Source of the DNA: an uncultured Candidatus Rokubacteria bacterium | GTDB lineage: Bacteria > Methylomirabilota > Methylomirabilia > Rokubacteriales > DASRDR01 | Direction of reading: 5' to 3' | DNA: 64,000 nucleotides | Assembly: GCA_963805625.1 (NCBI GenBank) | Contig: CAWDVE010000024.1 | Location: 64,001-128,000 of the forward strand | In this document: one piece after another, positions 21,547 through 30,679 of the stretch | Position numbering within the stretch: position 1 is the first letter of the stretch | How the letters are laid out: each line of letters begins with the position of its first letter | Position numbers and translations under genes: made by a program | The notes under the pieces: generated by a model | What the model was told of the DNA's origin: nothing | What the model saw: only the letters and a program-made list of their open reading frames with translations | Database searches by the model: none

Positions 21547-23262
21547 ATGCGCACGTACTACGAGATCGACCTGACCGGTCGTACGGTCACGAAGCGGGAT
21601 CTGCAGGGCGAGGAAATCGTCAGAGCCGGCCGCTACCTCATCGCCCGGACGCTCCTCGAGCGGGGCGCGGCGACGGTCGACCCGCTCTCACCCGCGAACC
21701 CGCTCATCTTCTCGGCGGGCCCCTTCGCGGGGACGTCGTTCTCCAACGCGAACCGGACCAGCGTCGGCTGCAAGAGCCCGCTGACGGGCGGCATCAAGGA
21801 GGCGAACGGCGGCGGGACCTTCAGCTACGGACTGGGTCAGCTAGGCATCTCCGGCTTCACGCTCTCCGGGGCGGCGCCGGACTGGGTGGTCCTCCACTTC
21901 CGGAAGGACGGTGGCATCGACTTCGACGACGCTGCGCCGTACCTCGGCAAGGGGAACTTCCAGGCCGCTGAGATGCTCCACGCCCGCTACGGCAAGAAGG
22001 TCTCCCTCGGGCTGTGCGGCCCGGTGGGTGAGTACGGGGGTCTGATCGCCGGCATCTCCTTCAGCGACAAGGATCGCCGTCCGTCGCGCCTGGCGGCGCG
22101 TGGCGGCGTCGGGGCGGTGATGGGCGCCAAGCGGGTCAAGGCCATCGTGCTCGACCTCGACCGGATTCCGCCCTTCCACGACAGCCGCAAGGTCACCGCC
22201 GCGATCAAGGACTACGCCAAAATGCTGCAGGCCGACAGTATCGTGGAGAACTTCTACGCGAAGCTCGGGACCATGGGCATGGCCGATGTCCAGAATCACA
22301 TGGGCGGCCTGCCGGTCCGGAACTTCAGCGCCGGGCAGCTCGCGGACACCGGCGCCGGCGAGAGGTTCAAGCTGGGCGCCGACTACATCGGCCCCCTCAA
22401 CACGTCCCGCGGCGGCGAGCAGACCCACGCGTGCATGCCCGGCTGCGTCATCCAGTGCAGCAACGTGTACCACGACGCAAGCGGCAAGGAGGTCGTCTCA
22501 CCGGTCGAGTACGAGACTCTGGGGCTCCTCGGCTCGAACTGTGGGCTCACCGAGCCCGACGACCTCGCCCAGCTCAACTTCATCTGCAACGACCTGGGTG
22601 TCGACACGATCGAAACAGGCGCGACGCTGGCCGTCCTGATGGAGGCGGGCCTCGGCGCCTTCGGAGACGCGAAGTTCATGGCCGATGCCCTCGGCGAGAT
22701 CGCCCGCGGAACGGAGAAGGGGCGCATCTGGGCCCAGGGCACGGCGCGCGTGGGGGCCCATTACAACGTGCGGCGGACGCCCGTCATCAAGCGCCAGGCC
22801 ATCAGCGCCTACGACCCCCGTGTTGTGGAGGCCACCGGCATCACCATGATGGTCACCGCCCAGGGCGCCGACCATACGGCCGGCAACCTGCCACGCCTCA
22901 AGACGCGCGAGATGGACCTCGACACGCTCATGAGCCAGAGCCTCCTCCAGCAGACGCGCGTGGCCGCCAACGACTCGCTCGGGCTCTGTATCTTCGGCCA
23001 GAGCGTGACAAACCCCAACACCGAGTTCCTGGCGACCACCATCAACGCGGCCCACGGCACGAGCCTGACCAAGGAGTTCTTCGAGGCGCTGGGCCGGGAG
23101 ACGCTCCGGCTCGAGCACGAGTTCAACCGGCAGGCCGGCTTCACGGCGCGCGACGACGAGCTGCCGCAGTTCTTCTACGAGGAGGCGCTGCCGCCCACCA
23201 ATCACGTCGCACGATTCCACGGGGCGGACGTACACTCGATCTACGAGCGCCTGCCGACCTGA
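21547..23262 (+). CDS. aor: Aldehyde:ferredoxin oxidoreductase family protein (W/Mo-pterin, 4Fe-4S)
   Basis: KSPLTGGIKEANGGG, AARGGVGAVMGAK, CMPGCVIQC, EYETLG, DLGVDTI, DSLGLC. Confidence 0.92.
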   Translation: MRTYYEIDLTGRTVTKRDLQGEEIVRAGRYLIARTLLERGAATVDPLSPANPLIFSAGPFAGTSFSNANRTSVGCKSPLTGGIKEANGGGTFSYGLGQLGISGFTLSGAAPDWVVLHFRKDGGIDFDDAAPYLGKGNFQAAEMLHARYGKKVSLGLCGPVGEYGGLIAGISFSDKDRRPSRLAARGGVGAVMGAKRVKAIVLDLDRIPPFHDSRKVTAAIKDYAKMLQADSIVENFYAKLGTMGMADVQNHMGGLPVRNFSAGQLADTGAGERFKLGADYIGPLNTSRGGEQTHACMPGCVIQCSNVYHDASGKEVVSPVEYETLGLLGSNCGLTEPDDLAQLNFICNDLGVDTIETGATLAVLMEAGLGAFGDAKFMADALGEIARGTEKGRIWAQGTARVGAHYNVRRTPVIKRQAISAYDPRVVEATGITMMVTAQGADHTAGNLPRLKTREMDLDTLMSQSLLQQTRVAANDSLGLCIFGQSVTNPNTEFLATTINAAHGTSLTKEFFEALGRETLRLEHEFNRQAGFTARDDELPQFFYEEALPPTNHVARFHGADVHSIYERLPT

Positions 23263-23380
23263 GCGCCCGCCCGCGGAGCCGAACGAGACTCTTCGCCGCC
23301 ACAGAGACCCGGACAAGGTCAGGGTCTCGCCCGCGTGTCGACGCTAGCGTGTCAGCGCCCTGAAATGAGAGGGCGGATGC

Positions 23381-23396
23381 TGGCACGGTGCGTGCG
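23381..23396 (+). promoter_or_regulatory. Possible sigma54 -24/-12 promoter
   Basis: TGGCACGGTGCGTGCG (GG-N10-GC) upstream of the OmpA-like ORF. Confidence 0.4.
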
Positions 23397-23539
23397 ATGG
23401 GTCGGGCGGACGGCCGTGCTAGTTAATAGATGGCGCGATACGCACGGTTGCACCTCGGGAGCGGAGTGACCTATCATGCGGGCGCCACCGCCCGAGCCGC
23501 ACCCAGAGCGGTCGCGCGGGGCAACGCGGACCCGGCGAG

Positions 23540-24211
23540 GTGATGAGAGGTTTGGGACGACTCGGTGGGATCCTTGGGCTCCCGGTCCTTCTCGGAATCG
23601 CGGGTGCGAGCCGGTCGAGGCCGGCAGTCGGTGACTCGACGGCGACGTCGCCAGTGCCACCGGCGACTGCCGGGCCGGAGACGAGGCCCTTCACCGACCG
23701 CGAGCTGGCCGACGAGCTGCGGCGCCAAGGCATCGGGGTGGCGGCAACCGGCCAGACGGCAAGGCTCTTCCCCGAGATCAACGCAACCCCCCGCGGGGTG
23801 GTCATCACGCTTCCGCACACGGACTTCGCGTTCGACAGCGACAATCTCGTCCCGCAGGCCCGGCGCGTGGTTGCGCGGATCGCCTACGTCCTGAACCATC
23901 CTCGCGCGATGCGTCGCCTCGTGGTGCTCGAGGGTCACGCCGACTCGATCGGCACCGAGGCGTACAACCTCGCCCTCTCGCGCCGCCGGGCTGAGGCGGT
24001 TGCTCGGGAGCTGATCGGACAGGGGGTGCAGCGCGGGCCGGTCATGATCGAGGCGTACGGCAAATCGCGTTCCATCGGGCCGAACGAGACTCCAGACGGC
24101 ACGGACAATCGGCCGGGCGCGCGAGGAACCGGCGTGTCGAGGCGGTCATTCGAAACTGGCTGCATCCGATCGGTGTGTCCCCGGGGACATGGGCCAGCCG
24201 GAAGCCCCTAG
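23540..24211 (+). CDS. OmpA-like peptidoglycan-binding domain protein, frameshifted near 24110
   Basis: FAFDSDNL, LEGHADSIG, YNLALSRRRAEAV, AYGKS; the terminal motif AGRARNRRVEAVI lies in a different frame. Confidence 0.85.
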   Translation: MMRGLGRLGGILGLPVLLGIAGASRSRPAVGDSTATSPVPPATAGPETRPFTDRELADELRRQGIGVAATGQTARLFPEINATPRGVVITLPHTDFAFDSDNLVPQARRVVARIAYVLNHPRAMRRLVVLEGHADSIGTEAYNLALSRRRAEAVARELIGQGVQRGPVMIEAYGKSRSIGPNETPDGTDNRPGARGTGVSRRSFETGCIRSVCPRGHGPAGSP

Positions 24212-26760
24212 CGATGGGCGTCCCTCCGGACTATTCGCCAAAGCATCCGTTCGCTGACACCGTCGACCCGGACGTCTTCTACCGAAGTCCGATGCACGAG
24301 ACCGTCTGCGCTGAGCTCTTCGCTGCTGGGAAGACACACCCTGGCTTGCTCGTCCTCTCCGGCGAGCCGGGAACCGGGAAGACGACTGTGTTGCGTCGCG
24401 TCGCGCGTCATCTGGAGCAAGCGGGCGGCCGCGTGTTCTGGTGCGGTGACATCCTGTCGCTCCACGAAATGTTCGGCCCGGTTGGCGGAGGGCCGGGTGC
24501 CCCCGACACCGCCACACCGGAGGCGCTCCTCGCCACGATGCAGGCTCGCGTCCAGTCGGCCGGCGCGACGGTCGTCGCCGTCGACGAGGCGCAGCGCCTG
24601 GAGCCGGGGGAACTCGGCATTCTCTGCGACCTCGCAGAGGCTGGGCGGGGGTCCGGGAGGCCCTTAGTCGTCCTGCTCGTAGGCCTACCCGGGCTTGACG
24701 TGAAGCTCGCGCCTCTCGTGGGGAATAGAGCCGGACGGGCCTCCGCGTTTCACGCCCGGTTGTCGCGTCTCGAGACCCCGGAGGTGCGCGCCTACATGGC
24801 GTACCGGCTCGAGCGAGCGGGGGTGCGCCTCGATCGCCTCTTCCAAGCCGAAGCGGTGGAGCGCGTCGCCGCCTACGCTGAGGGCATTCCGCGGGTGATC
24901 AACCACCTCTGCTACGGTGCTCTCCACGGCGCCCGCGAGGCCCGTCTCACGATGGTATCGGCGCCCGCCGTCGACGCCGCGGCCCACTGGCTCGACCTCC
25001 CGCCGCCTGCTGATACACGGGTGACGGGTGCGTGGCGTGCGACGGGTCCATGGAGGGAACTCTGGGCAGCACGCCGGGCGCTGTCCGGGCGCAGGATGAT
25101 TCAAGCGTGGTCGCCCGGGATTGACGTCGCGGCCCTCGGCCTCCCGGTGCCCAGTGCGTGGGGCGGGGCGCGCCGGCGGCTCAGGCTCTGGGCAGCACGC
25201 CGGGCGCTGTCCGGGCGCAGGATGATTCGAGCGTGGTCGCCCGGGATTGACGTCGCGGCCCTCGGCCTCCCGGTGCCGAGTGCGTGGGGCGGGGCGCGCC
25301 GGCGGCTCAGGCTCTGGGCAGCACGCCGGGCACAGTCCGGGCGCAGGATGATTCGAGCGTGGTCGCCCGGGATGGACGTCGCGGCCCTCGGCCTCCCGGT
25401 GCCGACTGCGTGGGGCGGGGCGCGCCGGCGGCTCAGGCGCTGGGCAGCACGCGGGGCACAGTCCGGGCGCAGGATGATTCGAGCGTGGTCGCCCGGGATG
25501 GACGTCGCGGCCCTCGGCCTCCCGGTGCCGACTGCGTGGGGCGGGGCGCGCCGGCGGCTCAGGCGCTGGGCGGCACGCGGGGCACAGTCCGGGCGCAGGA
25601 TGATTCGAGCGTGGTCGCCCGGGATTGATGTCGCGGGCCTCGGCCTCCCGGTGCCGACTGCGTGGGGCGGGGCGCGCCGGCGGCTCAGGCGCTGGGCGGC
25701 ACGCGGGGCACAGTCCGGGCGCAGGATGATTCGAGCGTGGTCGCCCGGGATTGATGTCGCGGGCCTCGGCCTCCCGGTGCCGACTGCGTGGCGCGGGGCG
25801 CGCCGGCGGCTCAGGCGCTGGGCAGCACGCGGGGCACAGTCCGGGCGCAGGATGATTCGAGCGTGGTCGCCGGGCATCGGCATCGCGGCCCTCGGCCTGG
25901 GAGCGATCGCGGTGTTCTTTGCGCCCCGGCTGACATCACAGCCGCCGTCGTCGCCACCGCAGCAGGCGGCACCCGTGCAAGACAGGCCGGTGAAGCCGCC
26001 CCCGCTCGTGTCCGCTCCCGGCGTGCCGATGCGCCCGCCAAAGACCGCGCAGATCATCGAGCGTCCACCGCCGCCAGCCACGCCCCGTCGGGTGGAGCCG
26101 CCCTTGGACACGGTGCCCGTCCCGCAACCGTCTGCCCGAGGGGGGACGTGCGGCGGGCCGCCCCCTCGGGTGGTCTCGGGGACGCCCGCGTCGGGGCCGG
26201 CCCGCCGAGCGCCTTCGGCGGCGGTGGCCCTCCTGCAAAGCGCGGAGGCGGGCAACCTGACAGAAGTGCGAGACATCATCGACGCGGGGGTGTCGCCCAA
26301 CGCGCGGGATACCGCAGGGATGACGCCTCTCATGATGGCCGTCATCCACGACCACGGTCCGGTCGTCGAGCTCTTGCTCACCAGGGGTGCCAACATTAAC
26401 ACGGGAGACGTCAGCGGCATTACGGCACTCATGCTGGCAGCGAACAACGGGCGAGCTGTGCTCCTCCAGCGGCTTCTTGCGCGCGGCGCCAAGGTTAACG
26501 CCCAGACGCGGACAGGCTGGACGGCGCTCATGTGCGCGGCTTGGGCGGGGCATCCGAGCATTGTCCGCCGACTGCTCGATTCCGGCGCGGATCCCGCACT
26601 TCCCGACCGGACGGGGCGGACCGCGCTTCAGTACGCAACCTTGCGAGCCGCGGATCCAGCGAACCCATCGGCGGGGAACGCCGCGGCACTGCCTGCGGTT
26701 GCCCACCGCCGCTACGTCGAGGTAATCGACGTTCTCAGCAAAGCGAGCAGGCGGCGTTAG
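24175..26760 (+). CDS. ExeA/GspA-like AAA+ ATPase with 42-aa tandem repeats, TM helix, Pro-rich linker and C-terminal ankyrin repeats
   Basis: Walker A GEPGTGKTT, Walker B VAVDEAQRL, GIPRVINHLC; ankyrin repeats GMTPLMMA, GITALMLAA, GWTALMCAA, GRTALQYA. Confidence 0.88.
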   Translation: MSPGTWASRKPLAMGVPPDYSPKHPFADTVDPDVFYRSPMHETVCAELFAAGKTHPGLLVLSGEPGTGKTTVLRRVARHLEQAGGRVFWCGDILSLHEMFGPVGGGPGAPDTATPEALLATMQARVQSAGATVVAVDEAQRLEPGELGILCDLAEAGRGSGRPLVVLLVGLPGLDVKLAPLVGNRAGRASAFHARLSRLETPEVRAYMAYRLERAGVRLDRLFQAEAVERVAAYAEGIPRVINHLCYGALHGAREARLTMVSAPAVDAAAHWLDLPPPADTRVTGAWRATGPWRELWAARRALSGRRMIQAWSPGIDVAALGLPVPSAWGGARRRLRLWAARRALSGRRMIRAWSPGIDVAALGLPVPSAWGGARRRLRLWAARRAQSGRRMIRAWSPGMDVAALGLPVPTAWGGARRRLRRWAARGAQSGRRMIRAWSPGMDVAALGLPVPTAWGGARRRLRRWAARGAQSGRRMIRAWSPGIDVAGLGLPVPTAWGGARRRLRRWAARGAQSGRRMIRAWSPGIDVAGLGLPVPTAWRGARRRLRRWAARGAQSGRRMIRAWSPGIGIAALGLGAIAVFFAPRLTSQPPSSPPQQAAPVQDRPVKPPPLVSAPGVPMRPPKTAQIIERPPPPATPRRVEPPLDTVPVPQPSARGGTCGGPPPRVVSGTPASGPARRAPSAAVALLQSAEAGNLTEVRDIIDAGVSPNARDTAGMTPLMMAVIHDHGPVVELLLTRGANINTGDVSGITALMLAANNGRAVLLQRLLARGAKVNAQTRTGWTALMCAAWAGHPSIVRRLLDSGADPALPDRTGRTALQYATLRAADPANPSAGNAAALPAVAHRRYVEVIDVLSKASRRR
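25061..25897 (+). repeat. 126-bp in-frame tandem repeat, about 6.6 copies
   Basis: Units start at 25061, 25187, 25313, 25439, 25565, 25691 and 25817. Confidence 0.97.
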
Positions 26761-26781
26761 CGGCGGACCGGCCGGAAGCCC

Positions 26782-26830
26782 GAGCAACTAGCTCGTTGGG
26801 CTCATAATTCAAAGGTCCCTGGTTCAAATC
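26782..26830 (+). tRNA. Degenerate fragment of initiator-type tRNA-Met(CAT), non-functional
   Basis: GAGCA..TAGCTCGTTGGG-CTCATAA-TTCAA-AGGTC..GGTTCAAATC matches the D, anticodon and T arms of tRNA-fMet; acceptor stem absent. Confidence 0.75.
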
Positions 26831-27022
26831 AGCACATGATGCGTGTCCGCGAACTGCGCCGGACTGCGCGTGAATAAGTCTGCGGAATCGCAACGGCCCG
26901 AACCAGCGCCTCCAGTCGTGGTCTCGATGGAGTGTGTCCACGTCGAGGAAGCTGACGCGAAGCCAGATGCGTAGCGGCGTGGCGCCCGCGCCTTTCGCCT
27001 CGATGGCCGGTCTCTGAACAGG

Positions 27023-27310
27023 TCAGCGGGCAAGGGGCACCGCGGGGCGTATGGACGCGACCGCCTTCAGCATCGCAGGTCGCGGACGCCGGGCGGCGGA
27101 CCACGCTGCCGTCAGTCCCCGGAGCGTGACGCCTTTGGCTTTGAGCTGGGCCAGAGTCGTGTCCGGCGCCACCACTCCTAGCCGCAACGGCGTGAGCGCC
27201 TCCAGGAGGCGAGCTTTCTCCACAGCGAGCGCGTGCTGCTGCTCTGAGATGTCGGTGAGCCGGCGCTCGATGGCCCCGAGGAGTGCCTTGGACCTGGCCT
27301 CGGTCGTCAT
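27023..27310 (-). CDS. Small coiled-coil hypothetical protein
   Basis: AGGAGA RBS; helical composition (IERRLTDISEQQHALAVEKARLLEALTPLRLG). Confidence 0.6.
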   Translation of the reverse strand: MTTEARSKALLGAIERRLTDISEQQHALAVEKARLLEALTPLRLGVVAPDTTLAQLKAKGVTLRGLTAAWSAARRPRPAMLKAVASIRPAVPLAR

Positions 27311-27887
27311 GGAGATTCTCCTTCCGCGTGGGGTAGGCGCCGGGCCGCTCTTTCCGTGCCTGGCTGATCATCCTACCCAACGTACGCCGGCCCGCAGCGA
27401 ATATCGCATCGAGCGCCGCGGTCGGTGTCCGAAGTGGAATGTACAGCACGATCGTCCTCGTGAAGCCGCTTCCCGCCACGACACACTGTCCGGTCCATTC
27501 CCCCTGCCCGTTCAACTCGGCTTCCGCTTGGGGCTGTGACTGCAGTAGGTTGCCTTGGCCATGACCTTAATCCCCGCCATCGGACAGTTATCCTTCTGGC
27601 CCACATCGCAAATGGCATGCCCTACGGGGGACGGGCACCTGCCCTGGAGGACGCTCGCGGGAAGCGCGCGATATTGGTGGCAGAGCGGATCCGTCTGAGG
27701 AAAACTCAGGAGTTGTGCCAGGAAGACTTTCCGCGGTCGGGAAATCTTCCACTGACCTTTCGACGATGGCCTCAATCGGCTCCGGCGCCGCACCGGGCAG
27801 CGCGAGCATCCACTCCAGGTTTGGCGTGGCCAGCGTCAGCGTGGGTCAGGCTGATGATACTGAAGCAGAAGCCCGGCCGAAGGACCG

Positions 27888-28526
27888 TCAGTGCGCGAGC
27901 ACGTCGCGGACCGCGGCGAGGAGATCGCTCATGCCGAACGGCTTGAGGAGCGTATGGTGGGCGCCGACGTGCTGCGCGGCCGTCAGGCGGTTGAAGCGGC
28001 CTCGGACAGCCGTGACGGCGATGACCTTGGCAGCCGGGTGCTGGCGTCGTAGGCCCCTGATAGTCTCGACGCCGTCCTTCCGAGGCATGAGGAGATCCGT
28101 GATGACCAGGTCGGCCGGGGCCGCCGCGTAGGCGGCGAGTGCCTCCTCGCCGTCGGCAGTCGCGACCACGTCGTACCCCGCCATGGTGAGTGACTGGTAC
28201 AGTACCTCGCGCACCCGCGGATCGTCCTCCACGAGGAGAATGCGCTCCCGCGGTGCCTGGCACGATTTCACCGTCTCCTCCGGAGTCTCGACGATGACAA
28301 GACCAGGCCATCCCCAGCTGGGCGGCGGGGAACCCCGCCGCTCCCGGATGCGACGGTCGCAAGCGGGGACTTCAACGCGGCGCCGGCGTTCGGCAAGCCG
28401 GCGGTCCCAAACCACCTGCATACACGGCTCGGCCCGACAGGTGTCGAGCGTGAGGAACAGCACACTCCGGCCGCGGCGGATGATCGCCAGGTATGGTGCT
28501 GAAGAGAACACGGGCGGGCCGGCCAT
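27888..28526 (-). CDS. Response regulator with an N-terminal DRR/ERR-motif domain
   Basis: ILLVEDD, DLVITDLLMPRKDG, LLKPF; N-terminal VVWDRRLAERRR...DRRIRERR. Confidence 0.85.
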   Translation of the reverse strand: MAGPPVFSSAPYLAIIRRGRSVLFLTLDTCRAEPCMQVVWDRRLAERRRRVEVPACDRRIRERRGSPPPSWGWPGLVIVETPEETVKSCQAPRERILLVEDDPRVREVLYQSLTMAGYDVVATADGEEALAAYAAAPADLVITDLLMPRKDGVETIRGLRRQHPAAKVIAVTAVRGRFNRLTAAQHVGAHHTLLKPFGMSDLLAAVRDVLAH

Positions 28527-28921
28527 ACGAGTATCGTTTTGGCATGGGAAGCTGTCGGGGGCCAAGGGAATTGAGGTGGTGCCACGCGTCAGTGGCCGAC
28601 GGGGGCCCACGTGTTCGTTCTCAAGACGGCCCGGCCTGGGCCTCGGCCGCCGCCTCCAGCTCCTCCATCAGCACCGGCACGTCCTGCTCTAGTAGCGTTC
28701 GGATTCCTCCCGGGCCCCGGGCTGCGAGACTTCGCTTGCGTCATCGAGACGAAGGCGTTCACCGTCCAGGTCACCTGGAGGACTTCGACGCCTTTGTCCT
28801 TTCCGTTGCCGAGGTTGGGCGGGCCGGTTATCCTACCTCAGCCTGAGCGGAGGGAACGCGGTCATGCTTTCACTCCCTGCCTACAATGTACCGACGGCTG
28901 TCGGTTGGTCGAGCCGTTGAC

Positions 28922-29103
28922 CCTGCGGGAGACCACCCCGGTCGCCGCGCCCAGGTTCCGTGTCCTCGACCGGGTTCGCCGAGCCTTGCAGGCTCGCCCA
29001 CTACAGTCCGCGCGCCGCTCCTGAACCCAACGCCAGCGGGATAGGCTTGCACGACTCCGCTGCCTATTCCGCCGGGGATGACTTTGGCCGTCGCAGGCAA
29101 GGG
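28922..29103 (+). mobile_element. Integron-integrase-derived remnant, repeat copy 1
   Basis: Encodes PRFRVLDRVRRALQAR(fs)HYSPR, like the IntI N-terminus, joined to the hairpin GCGGGATAGGC...GCCTATTCCGC. Confidence 0.6.
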
Positions 29104-29379
29104 ATGTCTCTGTTGCTGCGAGCCGATCCGGTAGTCGAGTGAGCACTGATCGGCTTCGCCCATCGCGCCATCGTGCGAGACTTCGCTCAGACGTCCATCG
29201 CCGTAGAGGTTACTTTCCTCGGGGTCGAAGCGGCACACGGAGAAGTCCTGGCCCTCGCACCCCCGCTGGGAGTGCGCCGTCCGGTGCACGGTCGTGCCGA
29301 CCTCAAACGTGACCGACTGGAGCGCCCCAGATCACGCTGAGGGTGATGGGATCGATGTGATTCATCGGCCCTTCTGTCC

Positions 29380-30123
29380 TCATTTGATCTCAAGCTCCAG
29401 GCGCTGGCTGTGTCGATCGATCGTCGCGCGGAAGTGTCCCAGGACCTCTCCACCCAGGATCCCGTCCACAGGCGCCACGCCAGAACTGAGGTCGTACACG
29501 CCGACGTCGAGGTCCTCAACGGCGAGGGTTCCCAGCCGGAGCGATCGGAGGCGCGCGTAGGGAACCACGATCACTCGCCCGTCGGCGACCTGGCTTGGCC
29601 AGCGTGGCGCGTCGGGCGGCGGATTGAGGCCCAGCCGGGTCGCGGCGGCGGAGCGGAGGATAGTCCTCGACGCCCCGGTGTCGAGGAGGAGCGTGAGAGG
29701 CTCGGTACCGTTGGCGACCACCTTCACCCGGATCAGGTTGCCCGTCACGACGATGGGGACCCAGGTCTGCCGAGACCCATCCGGTGCTGGCACCGGGTGC
29801 CCCGGCGCGAGGGCAGCCTTGGCCCGCTCGATACGCTCGCGGGCGCGCTCCTCAAGGCAGGTGGTAAACCTTCGCCGCTCGTCGGAAGTTCGGGACGAGA
29901 ATTCCACCTGCCCGCGCCGGTTGATCCCCCAGACGTGCACCCCTGAAGACTCGAGCTCGCACTCTCGGGCCGTCTGCAGGACGAGATCGTGGGGCGTGCT
30001 CTGGGGCAGAGGTGCGCTGGTGCAAGCCTCGAGAGCGAACGTGACCAGGAAAGGCCCGAGCACCGTGGAGCCACGCGATGCACTCGTCGTGAGACTGGCC
30101 ACCCAAGCGGACGGGCGGGGCAT
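29380..30123 (-). CDS. Clan AA (retropepsin-like) aspartyl protease
   Basis: LLLDTGASRT, VADGR flap, VDGILGG; start uncertain. Confidence 0.85.
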   Translation of the reverse strand: MPRPSAWVASLTTSASRGSTVLGPFLVTFALEACTSAPLPQSTPHDLVLQTARECELESSGVHVWGINRRGQVEFSSRTSDERRRFTTCLEERARERIERAKAALAPGHPVPAPDGSRQTWVPIVVTGNLIRVKVVANGTEPLTLLLDTGASRTILRSAAATRLGLNPPPDAPRWPSQVADGRVIVVPYARLRSLRLGTLAVEDLDVGVYDLSSGVAPVDGILGGEVLGHFRATIDRHSQRLELEIK

Positions 30124-30221
30124 CAGGCAAAGCTCACGAGGAGGTTCGCCCGCGGATCGACCTCGGCGGTCGCTCCCGGCGGGAGCATGGTCGTTGACTC
30201 CGCCTCTCTCGCTCAGCGGCG

Positions 30222-30413
30222 GTGAAGATGGTCGGCCACAAGACCCAGTCGATCTATTCCAGGTACGCGATTGCCGACGAATCGATGCTCCAGGACGGCG
30301 GACTGAAGCTATCGGCACTCCATGCCAAGGAGGCCGAGGCAGTGCGAGTCGCTGTGCCAATTATGGCAGCCCGATCGCGATCGGACAAGGTTGAGACAAA
30401 GTCGAGAGGGTGA
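30222..30413 (+). pseudogene. Tyrosine recombinase/integrase C-terminal remnant
   Basis: KMVGHKTQSIYSRYAIAD, box II with the catalytic His and Tyr; no N-terminal part. Confidence 0.8.
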
Positions 30414-30449
30414 CGGGCCGACAGGAGAGGCGTAACTACCGAAACGAAA

Positions 30450-30496
30450 TGGTGGACAGCGGGAGAATTGAACTCCCGACACGGGGATTTTCAGTT
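30450..30496 (-). tRNA. 3' half of tRNA-Phe(GAA), att-site-like duplication
   Basis: Minus strand reads CTGAAAATCCCCGTGTC-GGGAG-TTCAATT-CTCCC-GCTGTCC-A-CCA; 5' half missing. Confidence 0.85.
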
Positions 30497-30507
30497 CTTC
30501 GACCGGG

Positions 30508-30650
30508 CCTGTGGGAGACCACCCCGGTCGCCCCGCCCAGATCCCGTGTCCTCGACCGGCGCGCCGTCCCTGAACCCAACGCCAGCGGGATAGGCGCACG
30601 ACTCCGCTGCCTATTCCGCCGGGGATGGCCTTCGCCGTCGCAGGCAAGGG
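30508..30650 (+). repeat. Integron-integrase-derived remnant, repeat copy 2
   Basis: Direct repeat of 28922-29103 with about 37 bp more deleted. Confidence 0.8.
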
Positions 30651-30679
30651 GTCGCAGCGAAAGGGACCGAAGGCGGAGC

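Noticed and set aside
25061-25897. Possible CRISPR array
   Set aside because: Contiguous 126-bp units with no unique spacers, in frame within a CDS, and no cas genes
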